Shown: piece after piece, positions 52,657 to 64,000 of the stretch
Position numbering within the stretch: the first letter of the stretch is position 1
Layout of the letters: each line of letters begins with the position of its first letter
Assembly (NCBI RefSeq): GCF_006345805.1
Contig: NC_043002.1
Span: 48,422,001 to 48,486,000 of the forward strand
Origin: Octopus sinensis
Taxonomy: Eukaryota
Length of the DNA stretch: 64,000 nt
Reading direction: 5' to 3'
Position numbers and translations under genes: made by a program
The notes under the pieces: model-generated
Databases searched by the model: none
What the model was told of the DNA's origin: nothing
What the model saw: only the letters and a program-made list of their open reading frames with translations

Positions 52657-54619
52657 AATATTTCAAATATAATTTAAAGAAATAGAAACAGATAATTACT
52701 CACATATCATAAGCTATACCACTAAACATAGAAGACAGCTTTCAAATTCGTATTTAAAAAATGCTTTCTGCTCCACCCAATTTATTTGTTATGTAAATAA
52801 TTTGTAATTATTGCCTTTTAAAATATAAACTTTTTTATTATGCTCAAGACACAAATCCAGTGAGAAAGAGAATGTGATTGTGTAACGTTAATACTTTTTC
52901 AAAATCACTGAGAAAAGAAAAAAATTAAGCCTGCTCGTTCTTTCAACTTAATTCTTCTCGACAGCACTCGCTATTTTATTTTTGGACTATTGATTTGATA
53001 CTTAAGCAAATTATTTTATGGAAAAGCGAAAGGACATTACGAGACGTGAACTCGGCTAGCTGACACAACTTTTATGCTCTTCACATTTTACAATTACAGC
53101 AATATATTTTGACTCAACAATTTATTGCTGTTATTTATTTCTTACTCGAAGAAAAAAACATGTTAGAAATTTGAACTCAGTACAGTAAGACAGGCGATGT
53201 AAAGTAGTTCCTGGCTTTCTATTGATTCCACCTGCTGTGCCGATCTATAAAATGTAATGTCTAAAACAATGTAGTCATTTAATTCCCAAAACAATGTTGT
53301 TGCTTCATTCCCAAAGCAAAGATAATATACGTCGATACAGTATCTCGGCAATAAATTAACTGTTTCAACATGATAAATTGGAAGTTAACCGAATTGAAAA
53401 GCTGAGATACGAAATCGAGTTACACATACTGTTCCAAATCTTCAAGCTTAATACCGAGACTAATAAATATATTAAGAAAAGTTATATATAAAATTACAGA
53501 GTTTAGCATAGAAGGAAGACAAAAGAAATAAAGGTGGATTTTTATGCCCAATATTGCGATCAAGCAAAAAATGTTTTTAATACTTTCAGAGAGAAAGAAA
53601 CATATAAAACTATAGAAGCTTCATTGACCAAGGGAGGAGAAAAGATGCACCTATACACTAAAGGAAGATGTAAATCTCATAAAATACAATACAAAAGAAA
53701 ATCACTAGACACGCTTGCGTAAAGCGACATGAAATTTTCCTTTGTGGCAATTTTAGCTTCAGCGGGGAAAAAATCCATAGTATAGCCAATATTGGCTCAA
53801 GCACAGTTTGATTGTCGATGCTCATAATTAGAGTTTAGGCAGCAAAACCAGAAACTAATCTAACAAAGGTTAATGATAGAATATGAAACATTCTTTGTCA
53901 CAAAAAAACACCAACAAATAATCGGATGAACAAGTTTAAAACATCCAAACATAATTACAGGCGCCGGCTAAATAGTCGTAGTGGTTATATTCATTGGTTA
54001 CTATGCCAATAATTTCAAATGAAGATAAATAAAATTTATACCAGAGCCAAAATATTGCCTCTGGTAATGGCAGAACAATAATAGTCTGATATTGGTTTGG
54101 AGTAATAGATATGATAAACAATTCTAAACAACCAGCCACAACATTTTTTTTTTATTTTCTATCGTTTTTTTTACTCGGTCCTTCTAAGCCAATAGATATT
54201 GCAGACCCTTTCCATATAATTATTATTAGAAAACCATTCAGATACAATGAATCTCATGCTGCTCTGAGATACGCGGATTGAAGCAGCAAAACGTATCTAC
54301 ATTATTTGGCGTGAACATAGGAAAATACGAACAAAATTACAAAATCCGCATTAAGGTTCCCAAAACTACATATGTCAAACAATATCACAACCGTACACAG
54401 CATATATAGTACAAATAATCCTTTCAAATCATTCATTCAATGAACACACAAAAGTCGAACAAGGAAAGCTATTCCAAGAACAATCAGAAGCTAAACTTGC
54501 GAATAGTAATAACTATTTGGAAGTAAATAAACCAAAAGACTCCATACATACCTCATACACATATTTGTGGTGGTGATGGTGGAAACTATGGTAATATGCA
54601 AAAGGAATATTTAAAACAA

Positions 54620-55261
54620 CAATGACTTCTGATTTATGGATTAATCGACAGTAGAGAGCCCAGTATTCGATCTCGGAGAGCTGATAGGAAAAGTTGACCA
54701 CGGTGACATTTGAAATCAGAAAGTAAAGAGTCGGAACAAACACCGCAAAACAGTTTTTTTTCCGATACGCTAATGATTCAACCAGTGTACCACCTTAAAA
54801 TAAACTATATTGCAAATAATAATTATTTTTACTGTAGGTACAAGGCGGGAAATTTTTGTGGGTAGGGGACTAGTCAATTGCATCGACCCCAGTACTCCAC
54901 TGGAGCTTATATTATCAACCCGAAAGAATGAAAGACAAATTTGACCTCGGCAGAATTTGAACTCAAGATATAAAGTTGGAAGGAATGCCGTTAAATACTT
55001 TATCCAGCATGCTAATGATCTTGCCAGCTTTAAAATAAAAAATGCTTTCAAATTTTGGTAGAAGGCTAGTAAGTTTATAAAATGGATCAAATCGATTACA
55101 CTGACCTCAGAGCTTGACTGGTACTGTGGTACTGTTTTATTGACCACGAAAGGATGAAATGTGAAGTTGACCTCAGTGGCTTTTGAACTCAGAGCATAAA
55201 TCAGAAGAAATGCCGCTATGCATTTTGTCCAATGCAGTAACGATTCTGACGACTCGCCGCC
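54620..55261 (-). mobile_element. Three head-to-tail family A SINEs
   Basis: GACCTCGGCAGAATTTGAACTC-type blocks at about 54700, 54945 and 55170; last copy ends CTCGCCGCC at 55261. Confidence 0.75.
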
Positions 55262-58200
55262 TTAAATATTTATAATGATAATGATAACATCAATAATGAT
55301 TTATAACTGTAGTGCACATGGTTACAAATATATTGTCAAAAAGTAAGGATGTTTTAACTAACTCCAGTTCTTATCTGGTACTTAATCACAACTCCGGCTG
55401 GTTTAGATCTCAGAAATAAAAGAAACATATAACTAGATAACACATGACATTTATTCTGGTACACTACATTTTTTTATCACTGTGGTAATATTCGGGACAC
55501 ATTTTTTTATATGGCATCCCAGAGGCGAATACAAAGCCAGGAATGATTGGAACTAATCAAAATTTGCTGCAAAAGCTAAAAGTTTTTTATTCATATAATC
55601 GAAGGATGTATCTATTTTTAAAGGATAACAGAATAATACCCATCAAAAGCTGCTCGATGGGAAAATATTTAAGCAGTAGAAACGAGGTTATAAGAGGAAA
55701 CTAAAAAAAAGTATTTTGGTGTTCGAGAGAAAAATAGTCACTAATCTATTTCTCAGTAGCTTGTTTTGTCAACGATAGATCATTGTACATTATGCTATTT
55801 TTAATAACATCGTTTCATTGATCAAAGATTGTTATTAATCTCTAGATAAAGCAAAGCTGTTTTATATTTAATGTCTTTCCTCAATTAAAAACAGGATAAT
55901 AGTAACTCTGTTTATTTGTTTCCTCATTGTTATTCAAAATATATTTTATCCATGATATTGCTTCATATCATTAAGAATACGTTTATTAACTGATAGTAGA
56001 AAAGAATTGGAAGCCACCGAAGCATTTGTGCTGTACGTATTGCCATCATATAGCTATCGAAATGGGTTGATCATAAATTCGGTTTTATGCATAATCTCTG
56101 AATGAATAGGAATAAATTTCCACTGTTTGAAATGATTTAACTAAAACAATTCGAATTATTCAATTGTAATTTCACGAATTCTTGCATTAACACTATAGTG
56201 TTTGCGTATATGTGTGTATGTAAGCCCAAAAGAACTCTTTAGTCAGATGATGTCAGATTTGTTACCGTATTTTATATAACTACACGCAATGAGAAAGCAG
56301 TTAACTAAGTTTCCACAAAATGTTTTGATTGAAATTTGATTTTGAACAGTAATTATCAATTTACGTACATCACTTCACTATATGTGTAAAACGACAGAGA
56401 TAGTAATATTTCCTTCGTTTGCATGATAATTTCACAGGCTAGTAATGTAAAAACAAATTCAGATTTGTTAATAAAGTAAGCGGAAACAGTGTTTAGTTGC
56501 CCCTTAATCCATATTCCAATGAACAATAATGAATAACTTCACAATTACTTCACTATCTTATCAGGTTCAAGTGTTGTCAATGAATCGTTGTTTCTAATTG
56601 ATGTATTTTTTATTGTGGGGAAATTTGGCAAGTATAATAGAATAACAATACACTTTTGGCAAGCTAGTTTCTGTTGCTGGTTAGAAAATTGTTTTTACTT
56701 ACGTCACGAAAGCTGCAATGAAATACATGAATATTATACCATCTCATTTTCTGTCTGTAGAAATATAAATTCAAGTTCCTATTTGAAAAGAAACCAATTT
56801 TGGTATTGAGGTAGATATATTTTACAAGTTATCTGATACAGAATGAATTTGAAATACTTTTTACTTCTTAACACTTGGTAAAATTGTATCTTTGATACCA
56901 TAAAAACCTCTGATACGAAGATCTTAAGATTGTTTTACTTTACAGATAAAAGGCGAATTTCATACGCAGTATCTATATCTATTCTATTGATCTGACAAGT
57001 TATATGATAGATTATATATTAAAGAATACATGACAGCCGGCTATGTGAGATTTGTACTATTCTAATACACTAAACGACTTGACCTTACAAGCATTAATGA
57101 AGTATAACCATTGATGAAATGCTACTCAACAAGACTTCTAGTTATATCTGATATTATTAAACCTAATACAGTATCATCGCTAAAACCCGTATTTTCTCTT
57201 TAAAAACAGTAAATAATTTCAGCAAAAGAATCTGTGAAGTATCGTAGAGAGCGGGTTAAAATATCTATGACATTTGAGTTAGATGTTCTCAATATTTCAA
57301 ATTCAAGATCTATGAGCCGGTAAAACTATAGATCGCCGTTCACTAGTTTATGATTTTACCTGAGTCTACTGTTCATTATGTTTCTAGAGTTGATAGCATA
57401 ATTACAAGTCATTCACTGAGGTTGATTAATATGTTTTATATATTTCTTTCCTACTAAAATTTGTGCCTAATAAATAAATCATTATTTTGATTTCCGTCAT
57501 CGTGACGTCAACAAACACAAATTATAGATGTGTAAAATTAAGTACTGATTCGTTTACTCTGTTATTATACAACATGATATAATCGACTGTTATATCATAT
57601 TGACAACTTTTGAAATAATTTCTGAAATTCTTTCTATAAACATTCAATACGAAGGATGGTTTCATTTATTTTCACAGGCTATCTCGCCGCATTTATTCAT
57701 TCCTGTTAATAAATTAAATGGCCGGCGAAAGTAATAGATCGAATTCTTGGTCAGATTAAATAGAGAATTAACCTGCAGAAACCTCTATGATTTGAAATAA
57801 CATGTGATTACATCTGCAGTAAAGCAAGAGATGAGAGGATAAAATTCATCAGAGATATTCCATCGAAATCTTTAATGATTTTGGAATGGCTTCTAGTCAT
57901 GTTCCGGTTCTGCCGTCTGAATAGAGCTCAGCTTTACTACACCCGGAAGACTTTCATGTAGTAGAGCAAGCATTTACTTTCTTTCTCTGATCAGTAATCT
58001 AATAATTACATTACCAGGCAATTTGTAATGTATCAATAAATGGCTGATTTCCCAATGAAAAAATAAATCGCGTGATGGAAATAACAATGCACGTTCATAA
58101 TAGCAATCATCTTGATTGAAGAATGATATTCATAAAAGAAAAGCTTTGCCATTTGCCGGCATTCTAACAATATTGATTTCTTGCTTAGGCAGAGGGTCGA

Positions 58201-58890
58201 ATATTTTATAGAGAAGTGTAATGAAAATATGTGACATTCATGCCTTTAACAACAGAAGTAAATTAGCTTCAACTGCAAAATGAAACTGAATCGCAGAATC
58301 GGATTTCCATCTGGATATTTGTTAAATTTAACTTTCTCACACAAATTATTTCTCCAGTTTTAATTTGCAATGTATTTTGAATTTCCCATCACAGTTATTA
58401 TGATAATGTTCCTTTTTTTGAAGCATTTGATATTTTGGTTTTCGTATTTCACTGAACAAGAATTTTAGATTTTTTTCTCCTTCGATTGCTAAGATGACAA
58501 AGATTATGAACAGAATCAAAACTGATTTGGTGAGAAATACAAAGGATATCTGACAGTACGTTTCAACAATTAAATTTACTATTTGAATATGAGTGTCAAA
58601 TGCAAAATAACACTATTTTCCAAGAGTTCTGTTTAATATTAATTATAAAGGGAAAACTATTCTTGTAGGCGACATAGAAAATAGTAGGTGGGTAGTAATA
58701 ATGAAGTGTATGATAGAAACGAGGTGAGAATTTTATTTTTGGAAAATGACGGTCAGACTAATAAAAAAATATCTTGGAGAAAGTTCTTGTTCAACAGATA
58801 TGTAGACTATTAGTGTGTGTAAATAAGGATATGAAACTTGAATAATACACAGACCGAGTAGTTTGCACTAAATATAGTAGGATTGTAATT

Positions 58891-60176
58891 TTGGGTCATC
58901 TCATAAATAATGTTTTTTTTTATACTTCTTATATTTTTCAAAAATTAAGATGAACAAAGTTCTGTTTTAATCTAGAATATACTCTCTTTCATTTTCTACA
59001 ACGCTCTCTTCTATCTGGAAACTTGCTAGGCTTCTTTTCCAAAATTCCCTTGTCCTTGACTAAAAATACTTCTCCAGTACTGCTCTGACATCGTCTACAG
59101 AATTCATATTTTTTCCGTCCAAATGATTTTGAAGACTGCGGAATAAATGATAGTCAGACGGAGCAATGTCCGGCGAATATGGTGGGTGGGGCATCGTTTT
59201 CCATTCAAACTGCTCCAGCCTTTAGAATGTCATCCTCGCTGTATGTGGTCGAGCATTATCCAACTGGAAGACATCTTTCGTCTTGAAACCAAAGATGGTC
59301 ATTTTCTTTCTAGCGCTGACTTAAGCTGCCCGGGCTGCTCGGGTAGATCTCCATTGTTATCGTTTGGTTTCGGTTTAAATGTTCAAAGTGGACTAAACCT
59401 TTCATATCCAACCAAACAGGCAACAATACTTTACGTGGGTGAAGACTTTCTTTAGCCTGGGATGCCGGTGTTTCTACTTTCCCTACCTATTGTCTTCGCA
59501 GCTTAGCATTTTTATAGAGAACCTATTTCTCGTCACCTGTTACCATTCGGTCTAAAAATGGTTCAATCGTGAAACGTGACGGAAAAGAAGCGCACACAGT
59601 CACCCTCTACGCGTGATTAGACTCGGAAAGTTTGTGAGGAACCTATTGACCCAATTTGCTGACTTTTCCGATGGCAGACAGGTGTCGATAAATGGTTAAA
59701 TGACCAAATCCAAGCTTCTCTCCTAGTTCCTCAACAATTACGATGGATTTAGTCCCACCAGGGTTCGCAGGACGTCATCGTTGAGTTCTACATATCTTCC
59801 AGGTCGAGGCACGTCTTATAGGCTGTAGCTTCCGGCTCGGAATTTCTGGAACCGCTGTTGACACTGGCTCACGCTTATTGTCCGATCCCCATATGCTGCA
59901 TTTATATTCTTTGCACGTTCCGCTGTGTTGTTACCTTTAAAGAACTCATAAAGCAAAATATGCCGAATATGCTTCTTTGTCACTTCCATTATAGCTTTGA
60001 AAAAATAACTGCTAAAACCGAACTGCACGCTTCAGAATTTGCACTAAGAATAAGTATACGGTAAAACTATTACCTACTTTTATAGTAAGTTGATGCAGGT
60101 AGTTTATTAAGCCCCTCCTCCTCCGACTTTTAGCTCATGCAATTGAAAAAACCGCATTATTTATGGGATGACTCAA
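58891..60176 (-). mobile_element. mariner (DD34D) transposon, same family as 30401-31666, decayed
   Basis: TIRs TTGGGTCATCTCATAAATAATG / CGCATTATTTATGGGATGACTCAA-TA. MEVTKKHIRHILLYEF, VTGDEK and HPPYSPDIAPSDYHLFR on the minus strand. Confidence 0.93.
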
Positions 60177-61879
60177 TATATTTTAGTATGTAATCAGCAT
60201 GACGTTAGAAGGAATCCAGATAATTTCTTTGAATACATAGATTACAACTCAAATATAATGCAAAATCAAACTTACAAAATAAATACTATTGAATCCTCAA
60301 GCCCTAAGACATGCCTTAATCGTCATGCCAACATACCGTCGATTTAGATAACCACTGAATAAATATTATATATATATATTGGCTGAATTCATTTTCTAAG
60401 TCAGTTTGATAAATTCTTCCACTTCTGTTTGATCAATATGTAGAGAGAGTAGTCGGATACTGTTTCTATAATGAGTAGTTGTTTAATTTCCTCCTTTCAG
60501 TGAAAACAGCAATTTTCTTTCATTAATGAATGTAGATAGTTGTATGGCATTAATGAATATTGATCTATTTCTTTTAAGCAAGCAACGCCGGGCAGTAAGC
60601 TATGAATGACATTTTCCTTGTCTAAACTACTATTTACCGTTTTCAAGATATAGGTTATCGTTAGAAACGATGACAACAAGAATATCTTATTTAGCTCCAA
60701 TTACATAACTGTGTGTTGGCGACGCAAATATTAGCTGAGATCTTCGCGGAGATTCAGCCAAGTATTTCATTTAAAATCTTAAGAATGAACGAAATTAGAG
60801 TAAGAAGTTATAAAAAGATACGTTTTTTTTTTATATATATAAATCACTTCAATCTTACGCTATTTGTAAAACACACTACTACATTTGCAATAGTTTTCCG
60901 TCAAATAGATTAGTTAATATCACAGTAAATTTTAGATTAGGTAAAATCGCAGTAAATTTAACTAATTGACGCCAATATTCTCATAAATGACTTTAATGAA
61001 CTTGATAAAATCTTTTAAATTACAGTGTATAAACATTACTTGAAGCATAACTTTATTTAATGGCTTTGTTTATTTACAGGTTTTTATCTAAATAGTGCGA
61101 TCTAGTGTTGAAAGGATATACTGTTTACGATCTAACAGAATAAGAAAAGCAATAAAGTTGTTGTCTGCAGAAACACGGCCACTTGTGAAGGAAATACCCG
61201 GCACTCATGTTAGTTGTTCTAAGCTGATGTTCTAAGGACTTGTTTTTGTTGAATTTCGACGGCAGTGTGGAAACTAATATGATTTAATAAATCTTATATT
61301 GTCCGCGAGAAAATAAATTTCCGTAATCTAACAAATTATATTTCATTCTTGGGAAGATTAAAATGGTGACATGTGATGAATCAGGTTATGTGCTTTGCTG
61401 CTTTTAGCTATGTTACTTTATAATTTGAGTGCAGATCTCGCTGAAAATGGTGCAGAACTTCAGACATTTCAGCTTGTTTCATATTAATTGTTGCGGTTGA
61501 TATTTAACTACACTATCGAGATGACCTATCATCAAGTGTATGCTGTTCAATGTCATCTACCTTATCATAAATTTAAGACTACATTATACAGTATTCCCAT
61601 TCTATTTTAACACGAGGGGGTGATGGTTTGATGGAAATTTAATTGCTTTTTCTAGCAGCCCATTTGACTAAATGCGGACACCCACCTTGGTTCGTATCTT
61701 CCTGATATATGATATAGAGTTTGTTTCTTATGAGTTTTTTAATCAAATGTATTGTGGCAAGTTACGTGTAGTTCTGGTCTCTATATAACTGATATTCATT
61801 TAATCTAGCAAAATATATATAATAGTCTGCGCAAACTTTAGACTAACATGTTTATAAAATTTACCTGTAGTTTCCTTGA

Positions 61880-61927
<48 letters not shown>

Positions 61928-62071
61928 GCAATGACCTCGAACCTGGAAGAGTAAGCAAAAGAGACAGAGACAGACAGAAACAAGGAAAATACCCCCTTGT
62001 ATTTGAATACTATGCAAATATTCTTTTAAAAAACATTAATTTTCCCCAAATTTAATTGCTTCCCATACTTA

Positions 62072-62107
62072 CAGTTGAAAAAGTCTCAATCACCGAAACC
62101 GGTACTG
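62072..62107 (+). ncRNA. Degenerate minimal hammerhead-like motif
   Basis: cag-UUGAAAA-agucucaaucacc-GAAA-CCGG-UA-cug. Stem I and palindromic stem III are intact, but core positions C3 and G8 are substituted. Confidence 0.35.
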
Positions 62108-62186
62108 AAATTTTTCTATAAAATTATTTTAGCATTTTCTACCTTGACTTTTTTTCCACACACACACACACTCACACATATGTATG

Positions 62187-62226
<40 letters not shown>

Positions 62227-62227
<1 letters not shown>

Positions 62228-62366
62228 TTTATTATATAGAAGGAGCTTCTACAGGACTAGAACTGTTTCATTCAAGAGAAATCTTCAGGAAGCACTTCAG
62301 CTTCCTGAAGATTTCTCTTGAATGAAACAGTTCTAGTCCTGTAGAAGCTCCTTCTATATAATAAAT
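62227..62366. repeat. Perfect inverted repeat, 67-bp arms, 6-nt loop
   Basis: 62227-62293 is the exact reverse complement of 62300-62366; loop ACTTCA. Confidence 0.97.
62299..62349 (+). ncRNA. Type I hammerhead ribozyme fold (mirror copy on the minus strand at about 62245-62293)
   Basis: Stem I AGCUUC/GAAGCU; core CUGAAGA at 62305-62311; stem II UUC-ucuu-GAA with a U.U closing pair; GAAA at 62324-62327; stem III ACAG/CUGU; GUA triplet with predicted cut after 62343. Confidence 0.7.
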
Positions 62367-62435
62367 TAATTTTACTCTGCTATGTATTGAGTACCTTATT
62401 TACTGTGGTTAACCCCGAATCAACCCGGGACCTAC

Positions 62436-62436
<1 letters not shown>

Positions 62437-62504
<68 letters not shown>

Positions 62505-62555
62505 ATATATATATATATAATTATATATATATATATATATTATATATATTATATA

Positions 62556-62628
<73 letters not shown>
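62437..62628. repeat. (TA)n microsatellite (further tracts at 61885-61926 and 62190-62226)
   Basis: Direct read. Confidence 0.95.
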
Positions 62629-63406
62629 CATGTTCATGTTCAAAATAGTAAATAAAGATTCAAAATTGAAAACAGGAATTACGAAAACGCTGTAACAAGA
62701 GTTCAGATGGTAAGTTACTTAATTGGTTGATAGGTCAGTGCTATGGTATTGAAACCTCCTGAAACAAATGCATATTTTCACAATGATATTCTTCGTTGAA
62801 TTGCTAAATATCGGTATTTTATGAATTGGAATTCAATAAAGTAAATAACTAAGAAAGCTGTTTGAATTATAACGATGTGAACCATATCGATACTTTTCTA
62901 TTCATTGATGAAGGGTTAACTTATAAGCGAAGGATTAACTCCTAAATACAGTTCTATTCTTCATTACAGCAGCTAACTGTATAACTCAAACTAAATCAGC
63001 CTGTTTACAAGGTATTATAGTTCTGATATTATATTTCAGTTATGAGTCTTTTAAACTGTTTAAGATACAAACACATATTTTACTTTCCAAGTTTCTCAGT
63101 CATATCTCAAAGTATTTTTTGATAGGAGATGAGAATGCACCAACCATTCGAGCTATGATAATGGGACTAGAAGCAAAAAAAAAAAAAAACAGCGAAAATA
63201 TTTAGCTTCGCTCAAAAAAAAGTTTCTTGTTATTGGCTTGGTGATATTTATAACAACTATTTCTCAAATTTGCTACAAGACCACACAATCTTCAATGAAG
63301 GAAGACTGTTAATTTTATCGGCTCTGCAAGATTCTCTTTTTTTTTTTTTGCTTACTGATTTAATAATACATTAATCGAACCCATGGAATCACCCTGTGCT
63401 TTGATA

Positions 63407-63903
63407 TCTTATAATAATTCTACTTGTTCTTCCGTTACTTAGCCCGTCTGTAACGCTTCCACGTAATTAGTTGAAGGTGGAGGGGAGACGTGAGGGGAGG
63501 GGAGAGGGGAGAGAGGTTGTGGTGAATGAAATATGTTATTTTTTTAACTAAGATTTTTCGCCTGTTACTTAACCATCTATAACGCTTTCACGTGATTAAT
63601 TGACGGGACAGGTGAAGAGCGAAAGAAAAATGAGAGAAAAAAATAGGGTAAGGCGAAGACTAAGAGAGAAAGAGGAAGAGTGCTGTGTATTAAGTCTATA
63701 AAATTGTGCACAAAGTATATAAAATGTATATGTAAAGTGCAGTAAGCAACCATCGTAAAATAACTTCCCTTAGCAGATGAGTGACTGTATTTTGATACGG
63801 ACACAACACAGGCTACGCTTTCAGGATTTTTGGATAACATTTTTTCAGAAATAACTCTATAAGTTGATAGTTAATTCCGTGAAATAATCACGGGTCCTGC
63901 TAG
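63407..63903 (+). mobile_element. Complete non-autonomous Helitron
   Basis: A|TC start (TCTTATAATAATT...GTCTGTAACGCTTCCACG), subterminal hairpin CCGTGA-aataa-TCACGG at 63877-63893, end CTAG|T at 63900-63903, no TSD. Confidence 0.75.
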
Positions 63904-64000
63904 TTATTATAATTGTAAATTATTTACAAATACACTTGCCACTATTGCGTCTATAGTTACAAACCGACTCCCGCTTAGTTGTTACTCACACACACACACA

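Noticed and set aside
53165-53250. Apparent minus-strand exon after TTTTATAG
   Set aside because: The sequence is a decayed family A SINE head ending in CTGAGTTCAAATTTC.
60497-60700. ORF with a signal-peptide-like N-terminus
   Set aside because: Starts at TTG, the upstream ATG is followed at once by TAA, and no homology is recognisable.

Overview
AT-rich eukaryotic (animal) DNA, dense in microsatellites and transposons, with no host protein-coding exon I can support. The SINE families and the (TA)n/(CA)n/(ATT)n/(TAGA)n load look like a coleoid cephalopod, probably Octopus; this is an inference from recalled repeat families, not a search. Main content: (1) a head-to-tail, minus-strand array of R4/Dong-type REL-endonuclease LINEs plus a 548-bp non-coding element, separated by (ATT)n tracts (42.8-49.4 kb); (2) decayed Tc1 (DD34E), maT-like and three mariner DNA transposons; (3) two decayed L1/Tx1-like LINEs; (4) Helitron remnants; (5) many tRNA-derived SINEs of several families; (6) a tRNA-Gly pseudogene. 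The most unusual signal is a perfect 67-bp-arm palindrome inside a (TA)n tract (62227-62366) whose arm is a type I hammerhead ribozyme fold, so the motif is present on both strands. Two more minimal hammerhead-like cores (24.1 kb, 62.1 kb) point to Penelope-like element remnants. Most ORFs in the supplied track are microsatellite read-through or antisense to transposons. Boundaries of decayed elements are approximate.
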